A stretch of DNA of 64,000 bases from Polyangiales bacterium (GCA_044229975.1 JBGARZ010000015.1:32001-96000), one strand, 5' to 3'; positions 9,112-18,488 are shown, counted from the first letter of the stretch. Numbers and translations: made by a program. Notes: a model not told the origin generated them from the letters alone.

Positions 9112-9288
9112 CCAGCGTCCGATCCCTCCTCTCTGTGACCACAATAGCGTGCAGGTACAGTAGGTTACAGAATCAATATTACACGCAACAGTAAAATGTA
9201 GGCGCACGGTCTGCACCGCGGCGACGTCTGGTTGGGCCGACCGACGGGGTGCTCCTCAAGCCCACGCGGCATTGGACGCCCTATCCAC
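9109..9288. repeat. 180-bp dispersed direct repeat, copy 2
   Basis: Identical to 5693-5872. Confidence 0.95.
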
Positions 9289-9351
9289 CGGTCTCCTGGG
9301 GGTGCGCCTGCGCTGTCGACGCCTACGGGTCGCGGTTCTCCCCAGGCAGCG

Positions 9352-10362
9352 TCACTGCCGCATGCAGCGGAACCCGACGCCGGTCGAGTACGACACCTCG
9401 AGGCCCTCGCGGTACCAGGCGCGCACGTCGTTGGCGCTGGTGCTGCGCCAGTTGCCTCCACGGATGATCCGGATCGTGCTGCCCCCCGTGCTCACGGGGT
9501 CGTCCACGTACGTGGTCATATTGCCCGTATAGGTGAAATACCGGTCCGAGGTGAGCTCGGCGATGCCCCCGCCCATATCGAACAACCCACGAGCCCCTGC
9601 GGGGAACATGCGCACCGGGCAGGTGTTCGGCTGGATGGTGCCGCCGCCACTCCAGCACAGTTGAGCGCCGGGCGCCTCTGGCCCCCACGGGTACATCCGT
9701 CCGTCGACCCCGCGCGCCGCGTACTCCCACTGCGCTTCGGTGGGGAGGCTCGCGCCACCGCGCCACACGCAGTACGCGATCGCCTGCTCCGCCGTGACGC
9801 AGTTGATCGGGTGATCGTCGCGCCCGGAGACGCCCCAATTGCAGGCCGGGAGCGTCGCCGTCGGCGTGCACCCCATCGCGGTCGGACACTCGCGATAAGC
9901 GCGCACGGTCACCTCGGTGACGTCCAGGCAGAACGCCCTCAAGCGAACGCCATGCACCGGCAGGGCGAGCGGCTCCGTCCCCGTCGCATCCCCCATCAGG
10001 AACTGACCTGCGGGGATGAGCGCCATGCCCGCAGGACAGCCCGTCCCCGTGTCGGTTGTCCCGACGTCGGTTGTCCCGATGTCGGTTGTCCCGATGTCGG
10101 TTGTCCCGATGTCGGTTGTCCCGATGTCGGTTGAGCCGATGTCGGTTGAGCCGATGTCGGTTGTCCCGATGTCGGTTGAGCCGGAGTCCGCGGGAGGGGC
10201 GTCGATCGCCAGGGGGCGGTCGTCGGGGGCATCCGTCGCGACGTCCGATGGGCTGCCTGCGTCCGGCGAGCGCGAGTAGTACCTCCAATCGTCGCGGACA
10301 CAGGCGAGCGCGCCCACGACGGTCCAGAGCGCGACGAGTCGACCTACCCGGCGGAGAGGCAT
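9352..10362 (-). CDS. FGE-sulfatase/SUMF1 domain lipoprotein
   Basis: Lipobox LAC; FCLDVTEVT, HPINCV, LPTEAQWEYAARG, RGGNW, GFRC. Confidence 0.9.
   Translation of the reverse strand: MPLRRVGRLVALWTVVGALACVRDDWRYYSRSPDAGSPSDVATDAPDDRPLAIDAPPADSGSTDIGTTDIGSTDIGSTDIGTTDIGTTDIGTTDIGTTDVGTTDTGTGCPAGMALIPAGQFLMGDATGTEPLALPVHGVRLRAFCLDVTEVTVRAYRECPTAMGCTPTATLPACNWGVSGRDDHPINCVTAEQAIAYCVWRGGASLPTEAQWEYAARGVDGRMYPWGPEAPGAQLCWSGGGTIQPNTCPVRMFPAGARGLFDMGGGIAELTSDRYFTYTGNMTTYVDDPVSTGGSTIRIIRGGNWRSTSANDVRAWYREGLEVSYSTGVGFRCMRQ
10051..10185. repeat. Nine tandem 15-bp coding repeats (encoding TDIG[T/S])
   Basis: GTCGGTTG(TC/AG)CCGAT x9. Confidence 0.95.
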
Positions 10363-10453
10363 CGGCAGACCGTCCCCCGCAGCGGTCGGCGCTGTCAACG
10401 CCGATGGGCATGGCGGGCCGCTGCGCAGAGACCCCGCGGCGCCGCCCTGGACG

Positions 10454-10939
10454 TCAGTCGCGCGTCACCCCGGCATCGCACACCGCGCGGACGACGCAGC
10501 GCCATCGCAGACCAGCCTCCGCCGCGCCGCAGTAGCAGTCCCAGTCGAGGAGCCTCCGGTTGCCCGGGCTGCCGCAGTTCCACCAATTCTCGCAGTAGAC
10601 GCCTGGCGTGTCGCACTGGCCCTGGTCGCCCGACGGGTCGAACTGGAAGCAGGTGTGGAGGTCACCCTCGCAGTCGAAGAAGCGCATCAACTCGGCGCAC
10701 GAGCGCACGCGCCCACCGACCTCGCTCGCCATCACGGGACGATCGAAGCCGACATCCGGGGCGGGAACATCCGATGCGACCGTGGCATCCATCGCGTCGA
10801 TGTCGTTCACATCGGACACGTCGGACGCATCGATCACGGCTGCATCCGCGCTCGCGTCCGTCGGGCCGCGCGGGTCTTCGTCGCACCCCATGGCGAGCGC
10901 CGCGATCAGCGCTCCGAGTCCGTGAACACGCTCCACCAT
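10454..10939 (-). CDS. Small Cys-rich lipoprotein
   Basis: Lipobox AMGC, Asp/Ala linker, Cys-rich C-terminus. Confidence 0.6.
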   Translation of the reverse strand: MVERVHGLGALIAALAMGCDEDPRGPTDASADAAVIDASDVSDVNDIDAMDATVASDVPAPDVGFDRPVMASEVGGRVRSCAELMRFFDCEGDLHTCFQFDPSGDQGQCDTPGVYCENWWNCGSPGNRRLLDWDCYCGAAEAGLRWRCVVRAVCDAGVTRD

Positions 10940-11183
10940 CTGATCACGAGTGGTACATCCAAAGCGGCCGCCAGGCGCGCGACGGGGAGTCACCGGCGGT
11001 AGCGGTCGACGAGGTCGCCACGGCCATGGCGATCGCGGTCGCATCATACCGGAGCCGCTGTACGGTCAACCTGGCGGGCCGTGGTGGCCGGGGACCGACG
11101 AAGCGGTGGAGGCCTCGTTTTTACCGAGAAGTGTATGCACCGAAGGGTCCGTGTCCCCTTCGGAGTCCAGAGACCTCTCTGCG

Positions 11184-11397
11184 GTTCGACGCGATGGTCG
11201 GCAGTCCCGTGAGCCAGACCCGGAGCGCGAGCGACGGCCACTGCCGACGCGACGCCCGCGTTGCCAGATTGCTTTCCGGCACGTGGAGATCGCTCTTCGA
11301 AAGCGTCGTCGGAGTTCTCGACTGGCAACGCGAGCGTCGCGTCCCGTGGCTCGCGCTCCGGGTCTGGCTCAGGGGACTGCCGACCATCGCGTCGAAC
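11184..11397. repeat. 214-bp intergenic foldback (REP/MITE-like) element
   Basis: 49-bp arms 11184-11232 / 11349-11397 with one mismatch, plus a further inner stem. Confidence 0.85.
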
Positions 11398-11465
11398 TGG
11401 AGATGGCATCGCCGTCGACTGGCCCGACGTTGACCCATCCACGGTCGCTCGGCGAAGGTTCCGCC

Positions 11466-13319
11466 ATGAGCACCCGACCGACCGCCGCATCGTGGACCCT
11501 GCTCGTGGTCGCCCTCGCCGCGTCGGCCTGCTCGTCGGACAACCTGGTCGCGGGCGTCGACGGCGGCGGCTCCGTCGATGTCCCCATCATCACCAATGAC
11601 CTCGGCGCAACCATAGATGCGCCCGTCGATGTGTCCACGATCGACGCTCCTGCGGTCGACGTGCCCTTCCGATGCGCCTCCGAGGCCGACTGCTCGGGCA
11701 ACACCACGGGCTCCGTCTGCGATGTGGCCACTGGCCGCTGCGTTGCCTGCACCGCCGCGCGCGACGTGTGCCCGACCGGCCAGCGCTGCGACGACGCGAG
11801 CCACGCGTGCGTCGCCGGGTGCCGCGACGACTCCTCGTGCGCCACGACCACGGGAGCCGACAGCTCGGTCGGCGCTCGCCGCCGCTGCGACCTCAACTCG
11901 CGCGCCTGCGTCGACTGCCTCGTCAACGACGACTGTCCCGCCGGGACCCTCTGCGTCGGCAACCTCTGCGTCGCCGGCTGCGCCGGTGGGAGCCGCTGTC
12001 CCACGGGCCAGAGCTGCTGCGCCGGCGCGTGCGTCGACACGCTCGCCAACGTGGCGCACTGCGGCCGATGTGATGCGCGGTGCAGCGTTCCCAACGGGGG
12101 CGCCTCGTGCCTCAACGGCGCATGCTCGGTGGCCACCTGCGCGGCCCCGTACGGTGACTGCGACCGCGACGCCGCCAACGGGTGCGAGACCAACACGCTC
12201 ACCGCCGTCGCCCACTGCGGCGCGTGCGGCGCCGCCTGCCCCACGCGCGCCAACGCCAGCGCCACCTGCGCGGGCGCGACCTGCGGGTACACCTGCAACG
12301 CGGGCTTCGCCGACTGCGACGGCGACGCGACCAACGGCTGCGAGGTCGACACCCGCACCGACACCGCCCACTGCGGAACCTGCACGACGATGTGCTCGCT
12401 CCCGCGTGCAACAGCGGCGTGCGTGGCAGGCGGGTGCCAGGTCACGGCCTGCACCGCGGGCTACGCGGACTGCGACGGCGCAGCGTCCAACGGCTGCGAG
12501 AGCGACACGCGGGTCGACGTCTCCCATTGCGGCGGGTGCGGTCGGGCCTGCGCCGTCCGACCGAACGCGGCGCCCGCCTGCGTAGGCTCCGCCTGCGTGA
12601 CGACGTGCATCGCGGGGTACTCCGACTGCAACACCGTCGAGGCCGACGGGTGCGAGCGCAACCTGCGCAACGACCCGGCCAACTGCGGCGCGTGCGGGCG
12701 CGCGTGCGGAGCGGGCGGTGCGTGCTGCGAGGCGACCTGCGCGACGACCGCCAGCGACCCGGCCAACTGCGGCGCGTGCGGGCACGCATGCGCAGCGAAC
12801 GAGGCCTGCGAGTCGGGTCGCTGCCAGGCCGCGCTCGGGTGCGCGTCGGGGCCGAGGCGGGGGTTCACGGACGTCGCTGCGTTTCCGCGCATCGCGGCGT
12901 GTGGGGCGCGGGTGAGCTTCGCGGCGGCGACGACGACGGCGGCCACGGTGTGCGCGCCGGGCTGGCACTTCTGCAACCCCGCCGACCTCAACGCGACGAC
13001 GGGGACAGCGCCGGACTTCGTCCCGGCCGACGCGATGGGGTGGGTGCTCTACACCGACCCGACGACGACGGTGTGGGGCGACTACTCGGTCGCCGCGTGC
13101 GGCGGGGTGACGCCCGCGGTGGCGAACCTCGCGGGCACTGGTGCGTGCACGGCTTCGGGGGTCTACCCCGAGGGCTGGCGGCTCGCGACGTCGACGTCGT
13201 ACTGGCCGTGGTCGCACCGCAGCAGCAGCGGGTGCGTCGAGCACGCGGTGCACATGTGCATCACCGACGGCGGGACGATCCCGGCGACGACGGCGTACGT
13301 GCTCTGCTGCGCGCCCTGA
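11466..13319 (+). CDS. Cys-rich repeat lipoprotein
   Basis: Lipobox ASAC; many DC(D)G...NGCE and HCGxCGxAC repeats. Confidence 0.85.
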   Translation: MSTRPTAASWTLLVVALAASACSSDNLVAGVDGGGSVDVPIITNDLGATIDAPVDVSTIDAPAVDVPFRCASEADCSGNTTGSVCDVATGRCVACTAARDVCPTGQRCDDASHACVAGCRDDSSCATTTGADSSVGARRRCDLNSRACVDCLVNDDCPAGTLCVGNLCVAGCAGGSRCPTGQSCCAGACVDTLANVAHCGRCDARCSVPNGGASCLNGACSVATCAAPYGDCDRDAANGCETNTLTAVAHCGACGAACPTRANASATCAGATCGYTCNAGFADCDGDATNGCEVDTRTDTAHCGTCTTMCSLPRATAACVAGGCQVTACTAGYADCDGAASNGCESDTRVDVSHCGGCGRACAVRPNAAPACVGSACVTTCIAGYSDCNTVEADGCERNLRNDPANCGACGRACGAGGACCEATCATTASDPANCGACGHACAANEACESGRCQAALGCASGPRRGFTDVAAFPRIAACGARVSFAAATTTAATVCAPGWHFCNPADLNATTGTAPDFVPADAMGWVLYTDPTTTVWGDYSVAACGGVTPAVANLAGTGACTASGVYPEGWRLATSTSYWPWSHRSSSGCVEHAVHMCITDGGTIPATTAYVLCCAP

Positions 13320-13364
13320 TTCTCTCCCGACGGCTCCGCGCGGCAATGCAGCGTATCGAGACCT

Positions 13365-14276
13365 TCAGCGTGACGCTTCGTTCACGAGCCAATCGCGGAA
13401 GGCGACCAGCTTCGGAAGGGCGGCGCGCTCGGGCCGATAGACGATGTAATAGGCAAGCACCGAGGAGAACTCGACGTCGGGGAAGAGCCGCACCAGCCGG
13501 CCCGCCGCCAGGTCGTCCCGCGCCATGATGCTGCGGGCCAACGCCACGCCCAGCCCGTCGATCGCCGCCTGGAGCACCCCGGCGGAGTTGTTGATCCGTA
13601 GGCCTCGCTTCGTTTTGACGTCGCCCATCCCGGCCTTCTCCAACCACGCGTCCCACGTCGCGAAGCCGGAGTGCGCGTCGACCGACAGGTCGTGGATGAG
13701 GCTCGGTCCGGCAAGGTCCGCCGGCCTGCGAAATCGGCGGTTTCGCTGGAAGACGGCCGGAGAACAGACGGGATAGATCTCCTCGTCCATGAGCTTCTCG
13801 GCAGTCAGGCCCGGCCACGTCCCGGCGCCGTAGCGCACCCCGATGTCGATGCCGCGTGCGGCGAAGTCGAGCACCTCCATGGAGGCGTCGAGCCTCACGT
13901 CCGTGTCGGGCCACCGCGCTTGAAACCGCTCGATGCGTGGAAGTAGCCACTTGGCCGCGAAGGCCGGGCTGACGGTCACGGTCAACACGCCGTTGGCCGA
14001 CCCCTCCTTGAGTCGCGCAAAGCCGAGGCTCAACCGGTCGAACCCCGCGCGGATGTCAGGCAGGGCGCGCTGAGCCGCCTCGGTCGGCACAAGCCGCGTC
14101 CGGCCGCTCGTACTTCGATGAAACAGCGCCGTGCCGAGCGTCTCCTCCAGGCTTCGTACGAGCTGCCCGACGGCCGCGGGCGTCACGTGGAGCTCGGACG
14201 CGGCGGCCGAGAAGCTCTCGTGCCGAGCGCTCGCCTCGAAGGCGCGCAGCGCGTTCAGATGATCGGGCGCCCTCAA
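13365..14276 (-). CDS. LysR-family regulator, GcvA-like
   Basis: LNALRAFEASARHESFSAAASELHVTPAAVGQ HTH; WLLPRIERF; GLGVALAR. Confidence 0.92.
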   Translation of the reverse strand: MRAPDHLNALRAFEASARHESFSAAASELHVTPAAVGQLVRSLEETLGTALFHRSTSGRTRLVPTEAAQRALPDIRAGFDRLSLGFARLKEGSANGVLTVTVSPAFAAKWLLPRIERFQARWPDTDVRLDASMEVLDFAARGIDIGVRYGAGTWPGLTAEKLMDEEIYPVCSPAVFQRNRRFRRPADLAGPSLIHDLSVDAHSGFATWDAWLEKAGMGDVKTKRGLRINNSAGVLQAAIDGLGVALARSIMARDDLAAGRLVRLFPDVEFSSVLAYYIVYRPERAALPKLVAFRDWLVNEASR

Positions 14277-14489
14277 GGACGGCCAAGACTTTCTTTGCCA
14301 GCAACCAAGATCTTATGCTTTGCGATGTCCCGCCTTCGCATCGATATTGGAGTCTCACGGATCGAGGAAAACTCCCGACGTCGGCGCGACACGGCCCCTT
14401 GGGTCACACGAACCCAGGCCTGCCGTCAAGAGCGCTTGTCGGGACAGTTTTTCTTTCACACAACGCCTCGTGTCCCAAGGAGAACCCCA

Positions 14490-14771
14490 ATGGTCTATTT
14501 GCAAATCACCCTACAGATCGCCCCCGCCAACCGACCCGCGGCTGCGGATGTCTACCGGCGCTATCGGTCGCCCTTTCTCGACACGGTCGCCGGGGCGAAG
14601 TCGAAGGTCCTGCTCGTCCGCGAGGACGACGTCCAGGTGCTGCACGGCTTCGATACGGCAGAACAGGCGAACGCCTACCTGAAGAGCGCTCTCTTCACGG
14701 CCGACGTCGTCGGCGCGCTCAAGCCGCTGCTCGCCGCCGCGCCGGACGTCCGGGTCTATCAAGCGGCCTGA
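14490..14771 (+). CDS. Small conserved protein divergent from the LysR gene
   Basis: RBS AAGGAG; 93 aa MVYLQITL...EDDVQVLHGFD. Confidence 0.75.
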   Translation: MVYLQITLQIAPANRPAAADVYRRYRSPFLDTVAGAKSKVLLVREDDVQVLHGFDTAEQANAYLKSALFTADVVGALKPLLAAAPDVRVYQAA

Positions 14772-14802
14772 CGCCCTCCCGCGCAGGCGACTACGCCGAC
14801 GC

Positions 14803-15399
14803 TCACCCCAGCACGCGCACCCTGAACCCTCCGAGCAGGGTCACCACCTTCGTCAGCGGCAGCCCGATCACCGCCGTGAAGTCGTCTCCGCGTATCCCCT
14901 CGAAGAGCGCGATGCCCAGCGACTCCACCCGGTACGAGCCCGCGCAGTCCAGCGGCGCGTCCCTCGCCACGTAGTCCGCGATCTCCTCGTCCGTCAGCGC
15001 CCGCATCGTCAGCGTGTGCGTGTCGATCATCGTCTCGGTGCGACCGCTCGCCCGGTGATGCACCGCCACCGCCGTGTGCTGCCGGTGCTCACGGCCCGCC
15101 AGCCGCCTCAGCTGAGCCCTCGCCCGCTCCGCTGTATGCGGCTTGCCCAGCGCCTCGCCGTCGACCTCGCCCATCTGGTCGGCGCCGATGATCACCGCGT
15201 CTGGAAACGCCTCGCCCAGACCCACAGCCTTCCCGATGGCCAGCACTCGGGCTCGCTCGGGGATGGGCAGCGCGCCGAGTCCGTCCTTCGCGGCCTCCTC
15301 GTCGAAGGGCGTCGCCATACACTGCACGGTAATCCCGAGCCGCTCGATGAGCTCCCGGCGGTACCGCGACGTCGATGCGAGGATCACCGTCGTCGTCAT
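14803..15399 (-). CDS. maf: Maf family nucleoside triphosphate pyrophosphatase
   Basis: ILASTSRYRREL, FDE, IGADQ, LGKP, PLDCAGSY, IGLP. Confidence 0.92.
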   Translation of the reverse strand: MTTTVILASTSRYRRELIERLGITVQCMATPFDEEAAKDGLGALPIPERARVLAIGKAVGLGEAFPDAVIIGADQMGEVDGEALGKPHTAERARAQLRRLAGREHRQHTAVAVHHRASGRTETMIDTHTLTMRALTDEEIADYVARDAPLDCAGSYRVESLGIALFEGIRGDDFTAVIGLPLTKVVTLLGGFRVRVLG

Positions 15400-16002
15400 G
15401 CGAGTGGATCGTCCACTTCGACCTCCGCCGCCCGCTGCCGCCGCGCCGCCAGCCGAGACTGCGCGTACTTCACCAGCGGTTCGACGTACGCGTCGAACGG
15501 CGGACACTCCACCCCGCGCGCCATGAGCAGGCCGCGCGCCCCCGTGTCGGCGTAGCGCGCCCTCGTGGCGAGGCGATCGACGAAGGCCCGCGGGCTGCGG
15601 GTGAGCCGCTCCAACCCCGGCGTGTTGAGCAGCGCCCGTGTGAGGTTCACCGGAACCATCCCCCGCGGAACCCTCCGCCCCGCCACCTGCGCGATGCGCT
15701 CGAAGGCCGCACCCGTCGACGGTGGCGTCGGGTCGACCACATGGAAGGTTCGCCCCACCGCTTCGCGTGCCGCCCCGAGCGCAACCCCCGCCCGCGCCAC
15801 GTGATCGACCGGAACCACATGCAGCGGCAGGTCACCGCCCGCCGGCAATGGGAGCTGCATGTCCACCGGCGAGCTCAGCATCAACACGATGAAGAGGTAC
15901 GGCCCGTCGAAGAGGTCGATCTCGCCGGTCTGCGAGTCGCCCACGATCATCGACGCGCGCAGCACCGTCACCGGCAGCGTGGTCATCGCGCGTCGCAGCA
16001 GC
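15396..16002 (-). pseudogene. C-terminal fragment of an SDR/NAD-dependent epimerase
   Basis: LPVTVLRASMIVGDS, VVPVDHVA; the N-terminal Rossmann fold is missing, cut at repeat copy 3. Confidence 0.8.
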
Positions 16003-16175
16003 CATCCAGCGTCCGATCCCTCCTCTCTGTGACCACAATAGCGTGCAGGTACAGTAGGTTACAGAATCAATATTACACGCAATAGTAAAATGTAGGCGCA
16101 CGGTCTGCACCGCGGCGACGTCTGGTTGGGCCGACCGACGGGGTGCTCCTCAAGCCCACGCGGCATTGGACGCCC

Positions 16176-17187
16176 GGCTCATGTTCCCCTCGGGGTGATG
16201 GGCCTGAGCAACTGGGCGAGGAAGCCCAGGAAGTCGTGCCGGAAGTTGTGCATGCCTTGGTAGAAGGCCAGGTAGAGGTCGAGGTTCCACTTGCTCACGC
16301 CGCGGAAGGGTCGGAGGTAGTTCCGCAGGCCGAGCCAGAAGCCCTCGATGGTGTTGGAGTGCACCTCTCGGATGCCGTCCCCATCATCGTCGCGCGCCCA
16401 CTCCTTGCGCTTGTGGTTGACCGAGAAGCGCGTTCGACCTCGGTCGTCTAGGTCGTCGTAGGCATGCCACTCATCGGTGTGGACCTCGGTGCCGGGGTCC
16501 GTCACGCGCAGGACCACGGGCTCGATCGCCTTCACCGTGCTGCGATACGTCTGCCGCAGGAACACTTGACCGGACTCCCGGCCAATCACTCCGAGAATGG
16601 GCGGGCGATCGTTGTCGAAAGTGCCATGTCCATTGAAGTGATGGCCGCGCCGACGCGGTGGGTCATCGGGATCGGGATGGGGGCGGCCCTTCTCCCCGGC
16701 GTTCTGGTACATCTCGTCGGCTTCCACGAGACGATCGGGCAGGGCGCAGGGGGGAAAAGCGTTCAAGCGCCATGCCCTGAACGCGGTGTCGCAGTCGGAG
16801 CAGGTTGCGTCGACCGACACCAAGCTCCTGCGACAGATGCAGCGTAGTAACGCCCTGACAGAAGCCGCGCAGGATCATGACCAATCGCGGGGACGAGAAG
16901 CGCACTCCCTGAAGCGGCGTGCCGGTGAACACGTTGAAGACCTTGCCGCAGGCGCGACAGCGGTAGTCCACCACGGGCTCACGGTGACGATCATGGGGCG
17001 CTTGATCGTCGGGTAGCTCGTGTCCCTCGGGGCAGCGGAGGCCCTCCGGGTGGATCGCCTCCAGCAGCAGCCGGTAGCACGCGCCCTCGTCCAGCAGGTC
17101 GTCGATCGGGAACAGCATCGTGCCTGATCCGTACCTCCAACCGGAGCTCCCCGGAAGGGGGCGTTCACCCCGAGGGGAACATGAGCC
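16176..17187 (-). mobile_element. IS1595-family (ISXO2-like) insertion sequence, 1012 bp
   Basis: Perfect 23-bp TIRs GGCTCATGTTCCCCTCGGGGTGA; 8-bp TSD GGACGCCC (16168-16175 / 17188-17195). Confidence 0.93.
16179..17118 (-). CDS. IS1595 transposase split over two frames
   Basis: Zn-ribbon ORF from ATG 17118; DDE ORF with VEADEMY, HTDEW, VNH, HSNTIEGFW; frame change at TTTTCCCCCC near 16755. Confidence 0.85.
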
Positions 17188-17202
17188 GGACGCCCTATCC
17201 AC

Positions 17203-17623
17203 CACCGTCCCACGCGCTCACGCCCACGGCCAACATCACTGCCCCGTAGGCCAATGCCATCGCCGCCGTCGCCCACGGGCTCGGCTCCCCCGACGGACCC
17301 TCCGCGTCTGACGACCGCCACGCGCCGCGCGTCTGCGCCACCGTCACCGCCGTCGCCGCCACCACCGCCGCGCCCAGGGTCACCCCCAACGGAACCACCA
17401 CCCGCGCCGCGACGCTCGCCGTCGCCCGCCACGGGTCGACGTCCCCGCGCGCAGCCTGCGTGAGCATCTCGCGCATCGCGCTTCGTAGCGCCGCGCCCAA
17501 GGCCGGCAGCGTCGCGAGCACGGCCACCGTCGTCGCGCCGAACACCGCCACGCCCGACACGGGCGATCGCCCATCGCGGAGCGCGCGGTCGAGCTCACGC
17601 GCGGTCGGCGGCTGCGTCGTCAC
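17203..17623 (-). pseudogene. 3'-truncated paralog of the FlhB-like gene at 2566-3177
   Basis: Colinear with 2761-3177 and cut at the end of repeat copy 3. Confidence 0.85.
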
Positions 17624-17642
17624 GGCTCGCGATCATAGACGC

Positions 17643-18443
17643 TCACTCTGCCGGAACGAGCGCCACCTCGAACATCACCGGCCAGAGCTTGCCCGTCAGG
17701 AGAAGTCGCCGCGTCGAGGGCTCGTAGGCGATGCCGTTGAGCACCGCCTCGGGTTCGGTGAGGCCGAGCGAGAGGCGCGAGAAGGGCACCGTGATCCACG
17801 CGACGACGTGGCCGGTGGCCGGATCGATGCGCGCGATGCGGTCGCTGTGCCAGACGTTGGCGAAGACCTCGCCCTCCACCATCTCCAGCTCGTTGAGCTG
17901 GTCGATGGGGTTGCCCCGCCAGGTCACCCGAACGCGTCGTCGCTCGACGAAGGTGTCGGGGTCGAAGAAGCGCAGGGTGTCGGTTCCGTCGCTCATGATG
18001 AGGAGGTGGCCGTCGTGCGTGAGGCCCCAGCCTTCGCCCTCGTAGCCATGAGTGGTCACGGGCTCTAGCGTCGCGGCGTCGTACACGAAGCAGGTCTGCG
18101 TCTGGTAGGTGATCTGGAAGACGCGGTTGCCGAGGACGGTGAGCCCTTCGGCGAAGTGTTCGTCGGACACCTCGCGGCGTCGCGTGATGGCGCCGGTGGT
18201 GGCGTCGAGCACGCGCACCGACGACCGGCCGCGCAGGCCGGTGCTCTCGTAGAGGGCACCCGCGTGGAAGGTGAGCCCCTGGAGGAACGCCTCGCGATCG
18301 TGGGGAATGCGCGCGATGACGCGGGCCGTGTAGCGCGTCGGCGGCGTGGTCGGGGCGGTCGGAGCCGCGGGCGCGACGGGCGAGGGGAGGGCGGGGAAGC
18401 AGCCCGGGAGCATGACGAGGGCGACGACGGACAGGCGCACCAT
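17643..18443 (-). CDS. Glutaminyl-peptide cyclotransferase (type I) lipoprotein
   Basis: PHD..AFLQGL, LYESTG, FAEGL, GEGWGLT, SDGT, LNELE, VLNGIAY. Confidence 0.92.
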   Translation of the reverse strand: MVRLSVVALVMLPGCFPALPSPVAPAAPTAPTTPPTRYTARVIARIPHDREAFLQGLTFHAGALYESTGLRGRSSVRVLDATTGAITRRREVSDEHFAEGLTVLGNRVFQITYQTQTCFVYDAATLEPVTTHGYEGEGWGLTHDGHLLIMSDGTDTLRFFDPDTFVERRRVRVTWRGNPIDQLNELEMVEGEVFANVWHSDRIARIDPATGHVVAWITVPFSRLSLGLTEPEAVLNGIAYEPSTRRLLLTGKLWPVMFEVALVPAE

Positions 18444-18488
18444 TGCCCCGATAACACGTTGTCCGGAGGCGCGGTGTACGCTCGGCCG

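Larger units (their letters stand above)
16003..17202. repeat. 180-bp repeat copy 3, interrupted by IS1595 (16003-16175 + 17196-17202)
   Basis: One substitution (AATAGT vs AACAGT); the terminal TATCCAC resumes after the IS. Confidence 0.92.

Noticed and set aside
10051..10185. 15-bp tandem repeat as a mini-CRISPR or iteron set
   Set aside because: There are no spacers and it is an in-frame coding repeat.
5693..17202. 180-bp repeats as a CRISPR array or leader
   Set aside because: The repeats are too long, the spacing is in kilobases, and there are no cas genes.
5693..17202. Integron or attC cassette array
   Set aside because: No tyrosine integrase, no RYYYAAC/GTTRRRY boxes, and the blocks contain multiple and truncated genes in both orientations.
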